Shown here: positions 19,400 through 29,154 of the stretch, piece by piece | Layout of the letters: each line of letters opens with the position of its first letter | Position numbering within the stretch: the first letter of the stretch is position 1 | Source: an uncultured delta proteobacterium | GTDB taxonomy: Bacteria > Desulfobacterota > RBG-13-43-22 | NCBI GenBank assembly: GCA_963790475.1 | Contig: CAWBOS010000001.1 | Location: forward strand, 96,001-160,000 | DNA: 64,000 nucleotides | Direction: 5' to 3' | The notes under the pieces: model-generated | Database searches by the model: none | What the model saw: only the letters and a program-made list of their open reading frames with translations | Told to the model about the DNA's origin: nothing | Made by a program: the position numbers and the translations under genes

Positions 19400-20425
19400 A
19401 TGGGCAAGTCTGAACCAATTTTTTGGGGTATTCATGCCGGTCGAGCCGGCGAAGCAGACAACCTTTTTTTGAAAAAAGATGTCATAGCTGTTGGCTGGCA
19501 TAAGATAAAAAACATGGGAAAAATACCACCTGACAGGGAAGCCTTTAAAACTAAAATCGTTGAGGCTTATCCTGAGACAAAACCAGGTGCAATTCCAATA
19601 TTTGCAGGTATGTTATTAAGGTTTGTTCATGAGATAAAAGAGGGAGATGTTGTTATTTATCCTTCCAAACGTGATCGGCAAATTCATATCGGAATTGTAA
19701 ATGGTCCTTATAAATACGATCCAAAAGATGAACCGACCTTTCCTCATCATAGACCAATTAAATGGTTGAAAACAGTATCTCGGACCAAATTTTCTCAGGG
19801 GGCGCTTTATGAAATCGGGTCAGCCATAAGCCTTTTCCAGGTAAAGACTTATTCAGAGGAATTTAAAGGAGCTTTAGAAGGAAAACCGGCTATTATTTCT
19901 CCCCCCACTAAAGATGAGGCCGTGGCTATTATTGCCAAAGAAATTGAGCAAAATACCAGGGATTTTATTTTGAAACAACTTGCTCAGGAATTAAAAGGCC
20001 ATTCTCTAGCGGAATTTATAGCCCATTTACTCGGAACAATGGGATACCGATCTCGCTTATCGCCCCCCGGCCCAGACCATGGTATTGATATAGTAGCTCA
20101 CAAGGACGAATTAGGCTTTGAACCACCAATCATAAAAGTTCAAGTGAAAAGTAGTGAGGGAAGCGTTGGGGAGCCAGTTGCCTCAGCTCTATATGGCAAC
20201 GTGGGAGAAAAAGAATTTGGGTTACTGGTTGCTTTGGGAACCTTTACCGCGCAAGCTCGGAACTTCGCCCAGAGTAAAAGCAATTTGCGTTTAATCGACG
20301 GGGAAGAACTAGTTTCTCTTATTCTCCAACACTATGATCAATTTGACTCAAGATATAAAGGGCTTTTGCCTTTAAAACGTGTACATGTGCCTGAGCCCTT
20401 AGATGAAGAAGGGAATAACGGGTAA
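19400..20425 (+). CDS. Mrr-family (type IV-like) restriction endonuclease
   Basis: GPDHGIDIVA...IKVQVKS and LRLIDGEEL (Mrr_cat); N-terminal WGIHAG/VGW domain. Confidence 0.85.
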   Translation: MGKSEPIFWGIHAGRAGEADNLFLKKDVIAVGWHKIKNMGKIPPDREAFKTKIVEAYPETKPGAIPIFAGMLLRFVHEIKEGDVVIYPSKRDRQIHIGIVNGPYKYDPKDEPTFPHHRPIKWLKTVSRTKFSQGALYEIGSAISLFQVKTYSEEFKGALEGKPAIISPPTKDEAVAIIAKEIEQNTRDFILKQLAQELKGHSLAEFIAHLLGTMGYRSRLSPPGPDHGIDIVAHKDELGFEPPIIKVQVKSSEGSVGEPVASALYGNVGEKEFGLLVALGTFTAQARNFAQSKSNLRLIDGEELVSLILQHYDQFDSRYKGLLPLKRVHVPEPLDEEGNNG

Positions 20426-20456
20426 AAGTGTGTTCAAGGCGTCCTATAAAATATAA

Positions 20457-21460
20457 CTGGGGTATTCACTTGACTAAGGTTACCCCAACATATAGTAATG
20501 GGGCGTGGAATCGTACCCCAAAAGTTTGACTGAATTTTAGTCTTGGTTTTCTTCGGAACAAGATTGTCGAGACTACCTTTATCGTTTGAGATGGCCGGAA
20601 GGCTTTATCTGTCCACGATGTGGGAACCCGGAAGCCTGGCCAATTGGTACTATGTTGTTCGAGTGTTCCGGTTGCCACTATCAGTTGTCGGTTGTAGCGG
20701 GAACAATTTTTCAAGATACCCACAAGCCGTTGATGGTGTGGTTTAGGGCGATATGGTGGGTAACTGGACAAAAAAATGGAGCCAGCGCTCTGGGCCTTAA
20801 ACGCATCCTTGGTCTGGGAAGCTATCGCACGGCCTGGACCTGGTTGCACAAACTGCGTCGGGCCATGGTCCGTCCTGACCGGGACTGCTTGTCTGGTATT
20901 ATTGAAGTAGATGAAACCGTTATTGGCGGAGAGAAACCTGGTAAACGAGGTCGTGGGGCGGCCGGTAAGGTACTCGTAGGTATCGCAGTCGAAGACAAGG
21001 GAGATGACGGCGTTGGGCGAATTCGTCTTGGTATTCTTCCGGATGCCTCTGCAAACAGTCTCAACGCCTTTATTAAGGAAAGAGTCACGGGAGGAAGTAC
21101 CATTCGAACCGACGATTGGCTTGGCTACAGCAAATTGGATTCTGTTGGTTATCGGCACGTCACTATTAAAAATACTGAATTGAAGCTTGCTCACTTGGTA
21201 GTATCTCTTCTGAAACGTTGGCTTCTGGGTACCCATCAAGGTGCAGTCAGTCATGAGCATTTAGCCTACTATTTGGATGAGTATGTTTTTAGATTCAATC
21301 GCCGAACTTCGACTCACCGCGGCAAATTATTTATGCGCCTCCTGGAAAATGCTGTACAAATCGGACCGGTCACCCAATGTCAGATCATTCAGCATGTTAG
21401 AGGACGCAAACCCAAAGAACACAACATATAGGGAATACCTTAGTCAAGTGAATACCCCAG
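20457..21460 (+). mobile_element. IS1595-family insertion sequence
   Basis: Perfect 24-bp IR ctggggtattcacttgactaaggt; 8-bp TSD aaatataa at 20449-20456 and 21461-21468. Confidence 0.93.
20505..21431 (+). pseudogene. IS1595 transposase with an early in-frame TAG
   Basis: MESYPKSLTEF*SWFSSEQDCRDYLYRLRWPEGFICPRC (TAG at 20538-20540); IEVDE, TDDW and YLDEYVFRFNRR motifs. Confidence 0.85.
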
Positions 21461-21550
21461 AAATATAATACGTGGAACCGTTGAAATAGTTGAATTGGTA
21501 TTTTATGGCCCCCGAATAGACCCCCAAAAGATCTAACAATATAAAATATT

Positions 21551-22633
21551 ATGATGGGAGAATTGGGAATGGCATCAAAACCAGTTTTTATAAGTCACGC
21601 AGTACTTAACAAGGGGCTTGCTGACAAGTTGGTTGACCTGATTGAAACTGGGATAGGTATTTCTGCTTCTGATATATTTTGTTCCTCTTTGGAAGGGCTT
21701 GGGATAGATAGTGGAACAAATTTTATTGATTTCATACATAAGCAAATAAGTAAACCCAAAGTGGTAATATTACTTTTAACTCCCGAATATTTTAACAGCA
21801 ATTTCTGCCTATGCGAATTAGGAGCATCTTGGATTCTTTCACACAGAATTATTCCCTTACTTGTTTCACCATTGGAATATTCTGATGTTAAGGCAGTTCT
21901 TACTGGAATACAACTTCTTAACATAGATCGTAAATCTGACCTAAATCAAATGCTCGACGAACTGACTTCTGTTCTTCAGAAAGAGGGAAAACCTTTTGCT
22001 CGTTGGGAGGTCAAACGTGACAAATTCCTTGAAGAGATGTCTGGTTATCTAGCGACTTACAAGCCATCTAAAAAAATATCACAAAATGAATTTGAAAATA
22101 TTAAAAAAAAATATAATGAGGCAGTTGAAGAAATAAAATTAATGCAAAAAGAAATCGAGAAAAAGAATGATTTAATTGAAAAATTAAAACGAGCCAAGGA
22201 TTCCAATGCGGTAAAACAGATAGTCTTTGAAAATGTCAAATTTGAGGACTATTTTGATGAGCTTTTAGAAAAAGGACAAAAATCTATTATGAATTTATCC
22301 TATATCGTCAAGGAAGCCTTATATTATCATTATCGAGGTGAAAGATTACCAATACCAAGGTTTGGTGAAGATGATATAAGAGACCAAATTAAATATGCTA
22401 TCGAATTAGATTTTCTAAAAGAATATGAAGATGGGATCGATTTGGTTTACGATGACCCAAAAATTTCCAATGCAATAACTGCTCTCGATGAAATTCAACA
22501 ATTTTTGTCGAAGGTTGAGGAAGACGGAGAACTGGAAAAAGATGGAAAAGAATTTTTAGAATATTATGTCGACAGGTATCAACATAAACCCACATTAGCT
22601 TCAAGGCGTTTTTGGCAAACACACTTTAATTGA
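21551..22633 (+). CDS. TIR-domain protein with coiled-coil and helical C-terminus
   Basis: VFISHA, IFCSS and FCLCELGA (putative catalytic Glu), IIPL; AT-rich; start may be 21569. Confidence 0.8.
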   Translation: MMGELGMASKPVFISHAVLNKGLADKLVDLIETGIGISASDIFCSSLEGLGIDSGTNFIDFIHKQISKPKVVILLLTPEYFNSNFCLCELGASWILSHRIIPLLVSPLEYSDVKAVLTGIQLLNIDRKSDLNQMLDELTSVLQKEGKPFARWEVKRDKFLEEMSGYLATYKPSKKISQNEFENIKKKYNEAVEEIKLMQKEIEKKNDLIEKLKRAKDSNAVKQIVFENVKFEDYFDELLEKGQKSIMNLSYIVKEALYYHYRGERLPIPRFGEDDIRDQIKYAIELDFLKEYEDGIDLVYDDPKISNAITALDEIQQFLSKVEEDGELEKDGKEFLEYYVDRYQHKPTLASRRFWQTHFN

Positions 22634-22744
22634 TCGTCAACAAAATTCATTGTAATAAAGTGAGTTGTATGTTGTTTGAGTTGTGGTCGGACCACGCGAA
22701 CGGATTGAAGTCTCCAAGAAAAGAATAAAAGATAGGGGGGTAAA

Positions 22745-22800
22745 AGCACCATACTTAAATTTTAACCAGAAAAACATTAAATTAGGTATAGTGTGCCCCG
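22745..22800. repeat. Short palindromic REP-like element; inverted copy at about 43095-43148
   Basis: gcaccatacttaaattt...aaattaggtatagtgtgc; reverse complement matches atacctgtttaatgtttttgggttaaaatctaagtagggtgtc. Confidence 0.6.
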
Positions 22801-23016
22801 TTTAAGTCAGAGAAATCAGGGAAAGTGATAAGGGGTATCGGCTTCTGGAGAAATCTGCTCCCTATAATGTTCTTTTGGGCGCAAAAAGACGATATAGTCC
22901 TTGAAATACCAGCTTAGGGCACAGCCAGGCCAAAGTCATGAAATGCAAAATAAGAAGAACTGCCGAAACAGATGTCGCCGCATGGGTAAACAGGGAACTG
23001 TTTATGGCTCGGGGTG

Positions 23017-23341
23017 AAATTGGGGTCGGGCCACGGGAATTATTTGATTTGACAACGGAGACTGTCAATTCTGATCCCTGAAGCGGGCCTATATTGTGTT
23101 TTTTGGGGCAAAAAGGACGTTATTCGAAAAACAAATGGGAAGGGCAAAGCGACATTGCATTCCGGGCTGCATCGAGAATGTGAAAGCACTTTTGGGCTTC
23201 AGAGCCATGGGGAAGAAAGTCATAGAAGGCGGAGGAGGGTATCATCTTCGGGAGGGAGATGCACCCTATAAAGCTCTTTTTGGGCCTCAAAAAGAAGATA
23301 TAGGCCCTGAAAACACTTTCTTCTGGGAACTTTTATTCTGA
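23017..23341 (+). mobile_element. Internally deleted (MITE-like) derivative of the RAYT element
   Basis: Left end aaattggggtcgggccacg, then MGRAKRHCIPGC fused in frame to IENVKALLGFRA...ENTFFW, which matches 29621-29780. Confidence 0.8.
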
Positions 23342-23404
23342 GCAAAAAAGGTTAAACAGAAACTGGATAACACCCAGGGATCATCGGCTCTATCCTTCAG
23401 GCAT

Positions 23405-23698
23405 TTAAAAATTTTCGGGTAAGTGGCCTCCTCGGGTCCTCTTAAAACGATAATAAACCTTTTCATATTCCTCTAATCTCTGTTGCCAGCTTGACAATTC
23501 CTGAATCTCCTTTCGCCATTTTTGAAAGTCTTTATTCGGTTCGACCAAAGGGTTTTCTTCTAAGTATTGGACAAAGGCCTCGGTGGTCATCCCATATTTT
23601 TCTTCTCTCCGGCGAAGGGTTTTTTGTAGCTTCCTACAGACTCTTCGACAGAGGCTGACCTCCCTGCTGAGTGAGATCTCATATTCATCAGTATGCAA
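23405..23698 (-). CDS. Hypothetical protein (helical, 97 aa)
   Basis: GGGAG RBS with TTG start; EEKYGMTTEAF segment; no family recognised. Confidence 0.55.
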   Translation of the reverse strand: MHTDEYEISLSREVSLCRRVCRKLQKTLRRREEKYGMTTEAFVQYLEENPLVEPNKDFQKWRKEIQELSSWQQRLEEYEKVYYRFKRTRGGHLPENF

Positions 23699-23932
23699 AG
23701 GTGGTCTCCCTTACCATTTGTAAGTTCAAAGATTGGACAAAAAGAAAGTTTATGAAATTATAACTTATTTAATTTAAATTTAACGCAGAGTTGGCAAAAA
23801 AGCAAAAAGGAATTTTTATTTCTTTCCTCTAAGAGGACGGGAAGAAAGACTTATCGTGGCTCAACCGGAAAGGGGGACGTTGTTTCTGAATTGACTCTTG
23901 GTGTAACGAATTCTCTGAGGGCTTTCAGGCTA

Positions 23933-24141
23933 ATCTCTCGCCCGCTCCTTTCGGTCGCTTGAGTTCACAGAGAACTCAGATAAAGAATATTTTATAAAAT
24001 TGCCGAGAGGACGATTTTTTAAAACCCTCGCGCCTCCGGCGGGGATTCCTTTGCGTAGCAACGAGATTTTTGTAATTGCCGTCCCCTCAACGGCAATTAC
24101 AAATTATTTTTCTCTGCGAACTCTGGGCGCTCTGTGAGAGA
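23933..24141. repeat. Non-coding inverted-repeat element with internal hairpins
   Basis: gagttcacagagaa (23961-74) pairs with ttctctgcgaactc (24110-23); perfect 14-bp stem tttgtaattgccgt/acggcaattacaaa (24069-24103). Confidence 0.65.
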
Positions 24142-24215
24142 TCGTCTTTGAGGTGGGACAAGGGTGTGTTGAAGAAGCCTGTCGATATTATTTTGAGACT
24201 GTTAATAATCTCTTT

Positions 24216-25556
24216 TCATTTCGAAGAGCCCGCGGTGCAGGGATTGGCCCCTTCCTGGCGAGACACGACAACCGGTGAGAGGGGTTTAGCGAAAAAGACG
24301 GTCACCATGGCCAATAGGCTGGCGGCGGCAAAGATGGTAAAGGCAATCCCGTAGTCATGGGTGGCATCGAAAATAACGCCGGCGATCAGCGGACCGAAGG
24401 CCGAGCCGACGCCCGAAAACAACCCGGTTAAACCGAAGATAGTGCCGAAAGAGACCGTTCCGAAGCACTCGCCGATGAGCAGGGACTGCATCATGACCAC
24501 CCCACCCATAGTCAAACCGAAAGCAAAGGTCCCCAGGTAAAGGACTGCTACCTGACGGAAATGGGATAAAGAAAGAACGGCCACCCCTTGGATAAGAAAG
24601 CAGAACATGGCCATAAATCTTTTGTCGGAACGGTCGGCCAGAGGTCCCAAGAACAGGCGTCCGATGATGCTGGCCCCGGTCGTAATGCTCACAGCCAAGG
24701 CGGCTCCCGCGGCTCCCAGGGTTTCACTGAGAAAAGATACCTGATGAACCAGAAAGGCATTCTGACCGGTCAAAGCCAAAAGAAAGGAAACCACAATAGC
24801 CCAAAAGGCCGAGGTCCGCATGGCTTCGGCCCTGCTCCAGACCCTCATTTGAGCGGCATAGCTTCTTCGAGTAGGCGGGATCATTTTGGCGGGAGTCACG
24901 GACGGCTCTCCGTCCGGTAGTTGGCCCACATCCGAAGGACGCTGTTTAATGAGGAAAACCGCGGTCGGCACGACGATCAACCAAAATACGATCCCCAGGA
25001 TCGGCAACGTTGTCCGGAGACCGAAGTGGGATGAAAGGTAAACGGAAAAAGGGACCAGCACCATTCCTCCCAGGCTCAGTCCGGTCATGGTCAGTCCCAT
25101 GGCCAACCCCCGCCGGCGGAAAAACCAACTGGAGATCAAGGTGCTGACCGGGACCAAGGATGTGCCGCTCCAGCCCACGGCCATAAAGAAGTAAACAACA
25201 AAAAACTGCCAAAGATTTGTAACCCGGCTCAGTAGAAAGAACCCGATGGCCATGGTTGTCGAACCGAAGATCAGGACCGGTTTTGATCCGTATCGATCGA
25301 TGAGTCTGCCGGTAACCATTCCCATGATGCCGGCAACGGCGAAATACATGGAGACCGCCAAGGAAATGATTCCCTTGGACCAGCCGTATTGCGCCCGCAA
25401 GGGGTCCAGAATGGCGCCGTGCCCGTAGAAGCCGATGCCCGAAGAGACGAAGAGGATGGCCGTGCTTCCCAGGACGATCCACCAACCGTAAAAGCCTCTT
25501 TGAGGATGTGTCGGTTTTAAGTTGTTGGGTTCAATTTTGATAGAATTTGGTTCCAA
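24216..25556 (-). CDS. MFS transporter (OFA/MCT-like)
   Basis: FYGWWIV start, GRLIDRYGSK motif A, WFFRRRGLAMG, about 12 hydrophobic segments. Confidence 0.9.
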   Translation of the reverse strand: MEPNSIKIEPNNLKPTHPQRGFYGWWIVLGSTAILFVSSGIGFYGHGAILDPLRAQYGWSKGIISLAVSMYFAVAGIMGMVTGRLIDRYGSKPVLIFGSTTMAIGFFLLSRVTNLWQFFVVYFFMAVGWSGTSLVPVSTLISSWFFRRRGLAMGLTMTGLSLGGMVLVPFSVYLSSHFGLRTTLPILGIVFWLIVVPTAVFLIKQRPSDVGQLPDGEPSVTPAKMIPPTRRSYAAQMRVWSRAEAMRTSAFWAIVVSFLLALTGQNAFLVHQVSFLSETLGAAGAALAVSITTGASIIGRLFLGPLADRSDKRFMAMFCFLIQGVAVLSLSHFRQVAVLYLGTFAFGLTMGGVVMMQSLLIGECFGTVSFGTIFGLTGLFSGVGSAFGPLIAGVIFDATHDYGIAFTIFAAASLLAMVTVFFAKPLSPVVVSRQEGANPCTAGSSK

Positions 25557-25720
25557 CTCAAATTTTTTAAGTAATCTTTTTGAATCCTAAATCCCACTCA
25601 CTATACAAAAAATGGCCTTACAAAACAACAGCAAACCACCGCTATTTTCGCAAAGGATGAATTATGGAAGAAACGGGTTCCAGACTTTATAAGGGACGTT
25701 CGTGCAGAACGTGCATTATC

Positions 25721-25796
25721 AAATTGGGGTCGGGCTACGGGAACAATTTGATTTGACAAGGGATGCTGTCAATTCTGATCGCTGAAGCGGGCCTAC
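25721..25796 (+). repeat. Copy of the RAYT-element left end
   Basis: aaattggggtcgggctacgggaacaatttgatttgacaagggatgctgtcaattctgat matches the copies at 23017 and 26452. Confidence 0.8.
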
Positions 25797-26451
25797 GTAA
25801 AGGGGGATGTTGTTCATTTCATTCAGAAACTTAACAAGTAAACAGGGAGCTTCTTAAATTAGTTGAACGGTATTTTATGGCTGGAATAGAATACAATAGA
25901 TCCCAAAAACGCCGAACTGTCGCCCAGATTAGCGAGCGAACACCAAATGAAAAAATTTACCTTACAGGGAAGATTCCCCGCACCTTGCGCGCGGGGAGCT
26001 TCAATTAGAAATCCTTATTTTCGTCCAGAGAATACCCCCTTTTTATTTCCAGGGTTCTTTTATTTTCTTCTTTCAGCTTAAAAAGGTCAAGAAATTTCAA
26101 AGTCCCGGGCCAGGCCGGCTGCCGATTTGCCCATCTCAGAGGTGCGGAAGGTCTGAATAATCGGCCACTGCCTGATTAAGTGTCCCATACTTACGAAAAA
26201 CTGCCTGTTTACCATTCTTAAAATTGTGTATAATGGGATCCATTCCATGACCTCATAAGCGAGTTAACCCGTCTTCCAACAATGCCACTTTGCCTGTTCT
26301 CTATAATAACTTGGTCGGCGGCCGGACGAAGGAGGATGACCGAATGGAACTGTCGCTCAAAACCTATACGGCATACAGCATCGGCTGCGCTGTTGTATGG
26401 GCTGTCATTTTGGCTGTTGTTTCATCTGAAGCCAGCAAAGACAATGCGCTG

Positions 26452-26589
26452 AAATGGGGTCGGGCCACGGAAACAATTTGGTTTGACAGGGGATGCTGTC
26501 AATTCTGACCCCTAAAATCGGCCTATATTGTGTTTTTTGGGGGCAAAGAGGACGTTATCCGAAAAACAAATGGCAAGGGCAAAGCGACA
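26452..26589 (+). repeat. RAYT-element left end including the first codons (MARAKR)
   Basis: Colinear with 23017-23154; ATG at 26570. Confidence 0.8.
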
Positions 26590-26627
26590 AGACCTGGTCC
26601 CCTTGACATTACTAAAGGAGGCGAGGC

Positions 26628-27086
26628 ATGTTTAAGGTCAGATTTGTTCTGTTGGGTCTGCTAACAGGCGCAGTCGTTGCCGGTTGTGCATCTTTGGGGT
26701 CGACTGGTGGAAATAGCCAAGGATTGGTAGGGGCGTGGATTGTGACAGCCAGCCGCCCGCCTGGTGTGGGAAAGAACCTTCTTACCTTTTCGTCGGATGG
26801 CACTTTCTTTCGAAGCGGGGATACACATCCGGTTCTCAGTGGCGGGCATGGGGCCTGGAAGCGGGTCGGCGATAGGGAGTTTGATGCCACTTATATCGCG
26901 TTTCGATTCGATCAAAACGGAAAGTGGATCGGAAGCACCAAGACGCGAATACACATTATCTCTGGCCCTGGAGACAACGAATTTACGGGCGTGGCCAAGG
27001 TCAGCACACGGGACTTGAAGGATGATGAGATTGGGACGTCCGAAGTGCGTCTTGAGGGAAAACGTATCCAGGCTGAGCCGTTCTGA
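26628..27086 (+). CDS. Putative lipoprotein, beta-strand rich
   Basis: AAGGAGG RBS; signal peptide with lipobox VAGC. Confidence 0.7.
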   Translation: MFKVRFVLLGLLTGAVVAGCASLGSTGGNSQGLVGAWIVTASRPPGVGKNLLTFSSDGTFFRSGDTHPVLSGGHGAWKRVGDREFDATYIAFRFDQNGKWIGSTKTRIHIISGPGDNEFTGVAKVSTRDLKDDEIGTSEVRLEGKRIQAEPF

Positions 27087-27153
27087 CATCACGCCTTACA
27101 GCGTGGTGTTGGCTAAGATGATTCGCAGCCTTTTAAGATCAGGGTCGAATTTC

Positions 27154-27290
27154 AAACCATGACAATTTTAATTCATATAATCCGGTGTGTTGTTGCATTA
27201 GTAAATTGCGAACCCTATAGACTTCCAAATCACCGAACCGTCTGGCCACATGACTTACGGGCCAAAGAAGGTTTTTCGATTCTTACCTAA
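27154..27290 (+). repeat. Mosaic intergenic repeat, copy 1
   Basis: aaaccatgacaattt...aatccgg...accgaaccgtc.ggccaca...ttcgattc; also at 32976, 37629, 44104 and 58335. Confidence 0.85.
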
Positions 27291-27305
27291 AAGGAGGGAA
27301 TTTCG

Positions 27306-28526
27306 ATGAAAAGGTATGGGGATTTTATCACTTCGGACGAAGATCTGGCCCTTTTGACATCCATTCGAAAATATATCGATAAAGAGGTGATGCCGATTCG
27401 CCTGAAACTGGATGAAGACTATGCTGCGTTTGAAAAGGCCTATGAAGGTCTGGTCAAGCTTGGAGTCCAGAAGCGGGGTTTCTCGCCCGAATATGGCGGC
27501 TTGGGGATCCGGTCGGCAACCACGATCTGCGCCATCACCGAAGAGATATCCCGGGGAGACAGCGGGCTGTCCCTTCACGCTCTCATTATCCCCTGGTGCC
27601 TGGCTGCAGCCATGGGTGCCCGTAATAAGCCCCTCATGGACCAGTTCATTCCCATGTTCTGTGGAGATACTCCTCGATGCGGATGTTTGGCCATTACCGA
27701 ACCGGCCGGAGGCTGCAATATTGAAGATGCGGCCGAGAAGGGGCTGACCATTCGGACCAGGGCCAGGCTGGATGGAGACGAATGGGTGATCAGCGGTGAA
27801 AAAATGTGGCCCAGCGGAGCCGGTGTGGCCGACCTCTACTGCGTGGTCTGCACAACGGATCCCAAACAGAAAGAACAGGGGATGGCTCTGATCTATGTCC
27901 CCAAAGACACCCCTGGCCTTTCCTTCGGGAAACCGGAACAAAAAATGGGAATGAAGGTAACGGACTTCAATGGCGCGATCTACTTTGACGACGTGAGGGT
28001 GCCTAAAGAATATCGAGCCGGTGGACCCGGGATAGACTGGCAGCTTTTCAGGAACAATGTTTCCTGGGGCCGACTCTCGAGCGCCCCCATGACCCTGGGA
28101 AATGCCCAGGCCGTTTTAGATATCGTCATCGAACATACCCGGACAAGGACCTATGGAGGGAAACCCGTTCGGAACCATTCGCTGCAGGCAGCTTTGATCG
28201 CGGACATGGCCATCGGCATAGAATCGGCCCGCGCCTTTTACCTATCCGTGGCGGCCATGTTCAACAATCGGAAGAAATATGGAAATCCTAATGAGGATTA
28301 CCTGATGGCCCGGACCAGTGCGGCCAAGGTCTATGCCTGCGATGTAACTGAGATGGTCTGTAACCGGGCAATGGAACTCATGGGTTCTTATGGCTATGCC
28401 CGCGAATACCATGTGGAGAAGTACCTCAGGGACTCCAAGATCATCCAGATATGGTTGGGGGGCGGACAACTGGGAAGGTTGGATGTGGTTCAAAGCTATT
28501 ACCCATACATTGAGGGCCAAAAGTAA
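27306..28526 (+). CDS. Acyl-CoA dehydrogenase
   Basis: AITEPAGG, GEKMW, KMG, MGSYGY and EKYLRD motifs. Confidence 0.92.
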   Translation: MKRYGDFITSDEDLALLTSIRKYIDKEVMPIRLKLDEDYAAFEKAYEGLVKLGVQKRGFSPEYGGLGIRSATTICAITEEISRGDSGLSLHALIIPWCLAAAMGARNKPLMDQFIPMFCGDTPRCGCLAITEPAGGCNIEDAAEKGLTIRTRARLDGDEWVISGEKMWPSGAGVADLYCVVCTTDPKQKEQGMALIYVPKDTPGLSFGKPEQKMGMKVTDFNGAIYFDDVRVPKEYRAGGPGIDWQLFRNNVSWGRLSSAPMTLGNAQAVLDIVIEHTRTRTYGGKPVRNHSLQAALIADMAIGIESARAFYLSVAAMFNNRKKYGNPNEDYLMARTSAAKVYACDVTEMVCNRAMELMGSYGYAREYHVEKYLRDSKIIQIWLGGGQLGRLDVVQSYYPYIEGQK

Positions 28527-28636
28527 GGATTGGGGCAAATCTACTTTTGACCTTTACCCTCTGTTCCATCTTTTCCCAGGACGTCCGGTTTACCGCCCCG
28601 GCTACCCGGTTGATATAGATAATTTTCTTTATCAGG

Positions 28637-29023
28637 TCATGGAGCGGTTTTTGGAATATTCAAGGACATCAGGCACATTCCCCACCGACCATCGACTTTG
28701 GTCACGATCCAAAGTGCCTCGTGCGTCATATATTTGGTGCCGTCGGCTTTATAACGGCTGTAAGCCAGCTTGAAGTGAACTTTGTTTTCCCACACCTGCA
28801 CCGGCTCGATATAGTCAAAGGCGCTATGGTGCCAGCCCTCGGTTTCTACCAGTGTCTGGGTAGGAGATTCGAAATCAGAGGCCTTGGCGACAGGCCGCAC
28901 ACGGGTGTTAATAATCCAACTGAAGGGGAAATGCAGGTATTTGCGGATAGCTTCCTTATCCTGCGCGTTAAAGGCGGCAAAATAATCTTCCATGGCCTTT
29001 TTGGCCTCTTCAACTGCGGACAT
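28637..29023 (-). CDS. NTF2/SnoaL-like protein
   Basis: YFAAFNAQD...ALWIVTKVDGRWG; GGAGG RBS before ATG 29023. Confidence 0.7.
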   Translation of the reverse strand: MSAVEEAKKAMEDYFAAFNAQDKEAIRKYLHFPFSWIINTRVRPVAKASDFESPTQTLVETEGWHHSAFDYIEPVQVWENKVHFKLAYSRYKADGTKYMTHEALWIVTKVDGRWGMCLMSLNIPKTAP

Positions 29024-29154
29024 GATAATCCTCCCTATAAAATTTTTGTCTTGAAGCGCGCTGAGAATAATGGCCAACGTATTTCTTTTTCATAAGGAGT
29101 ATAGGAAGATCGATATTGGCTGTCAATATAGTTTTGATCCGACCTTCTGCAATA

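Noticed and set aside
20538-20540. Pyrrolysine readthrough in the IS1595 transposase
   Set aside because: A GAG to TAG nonsense change is simpler, and there are no pyl genes in the window.
20466-21260. 264-aa antisense ORF and many other overlapping ORFs in the track
   Set aside because: Shadow frames of recognised genes, with no family motifs recognised.
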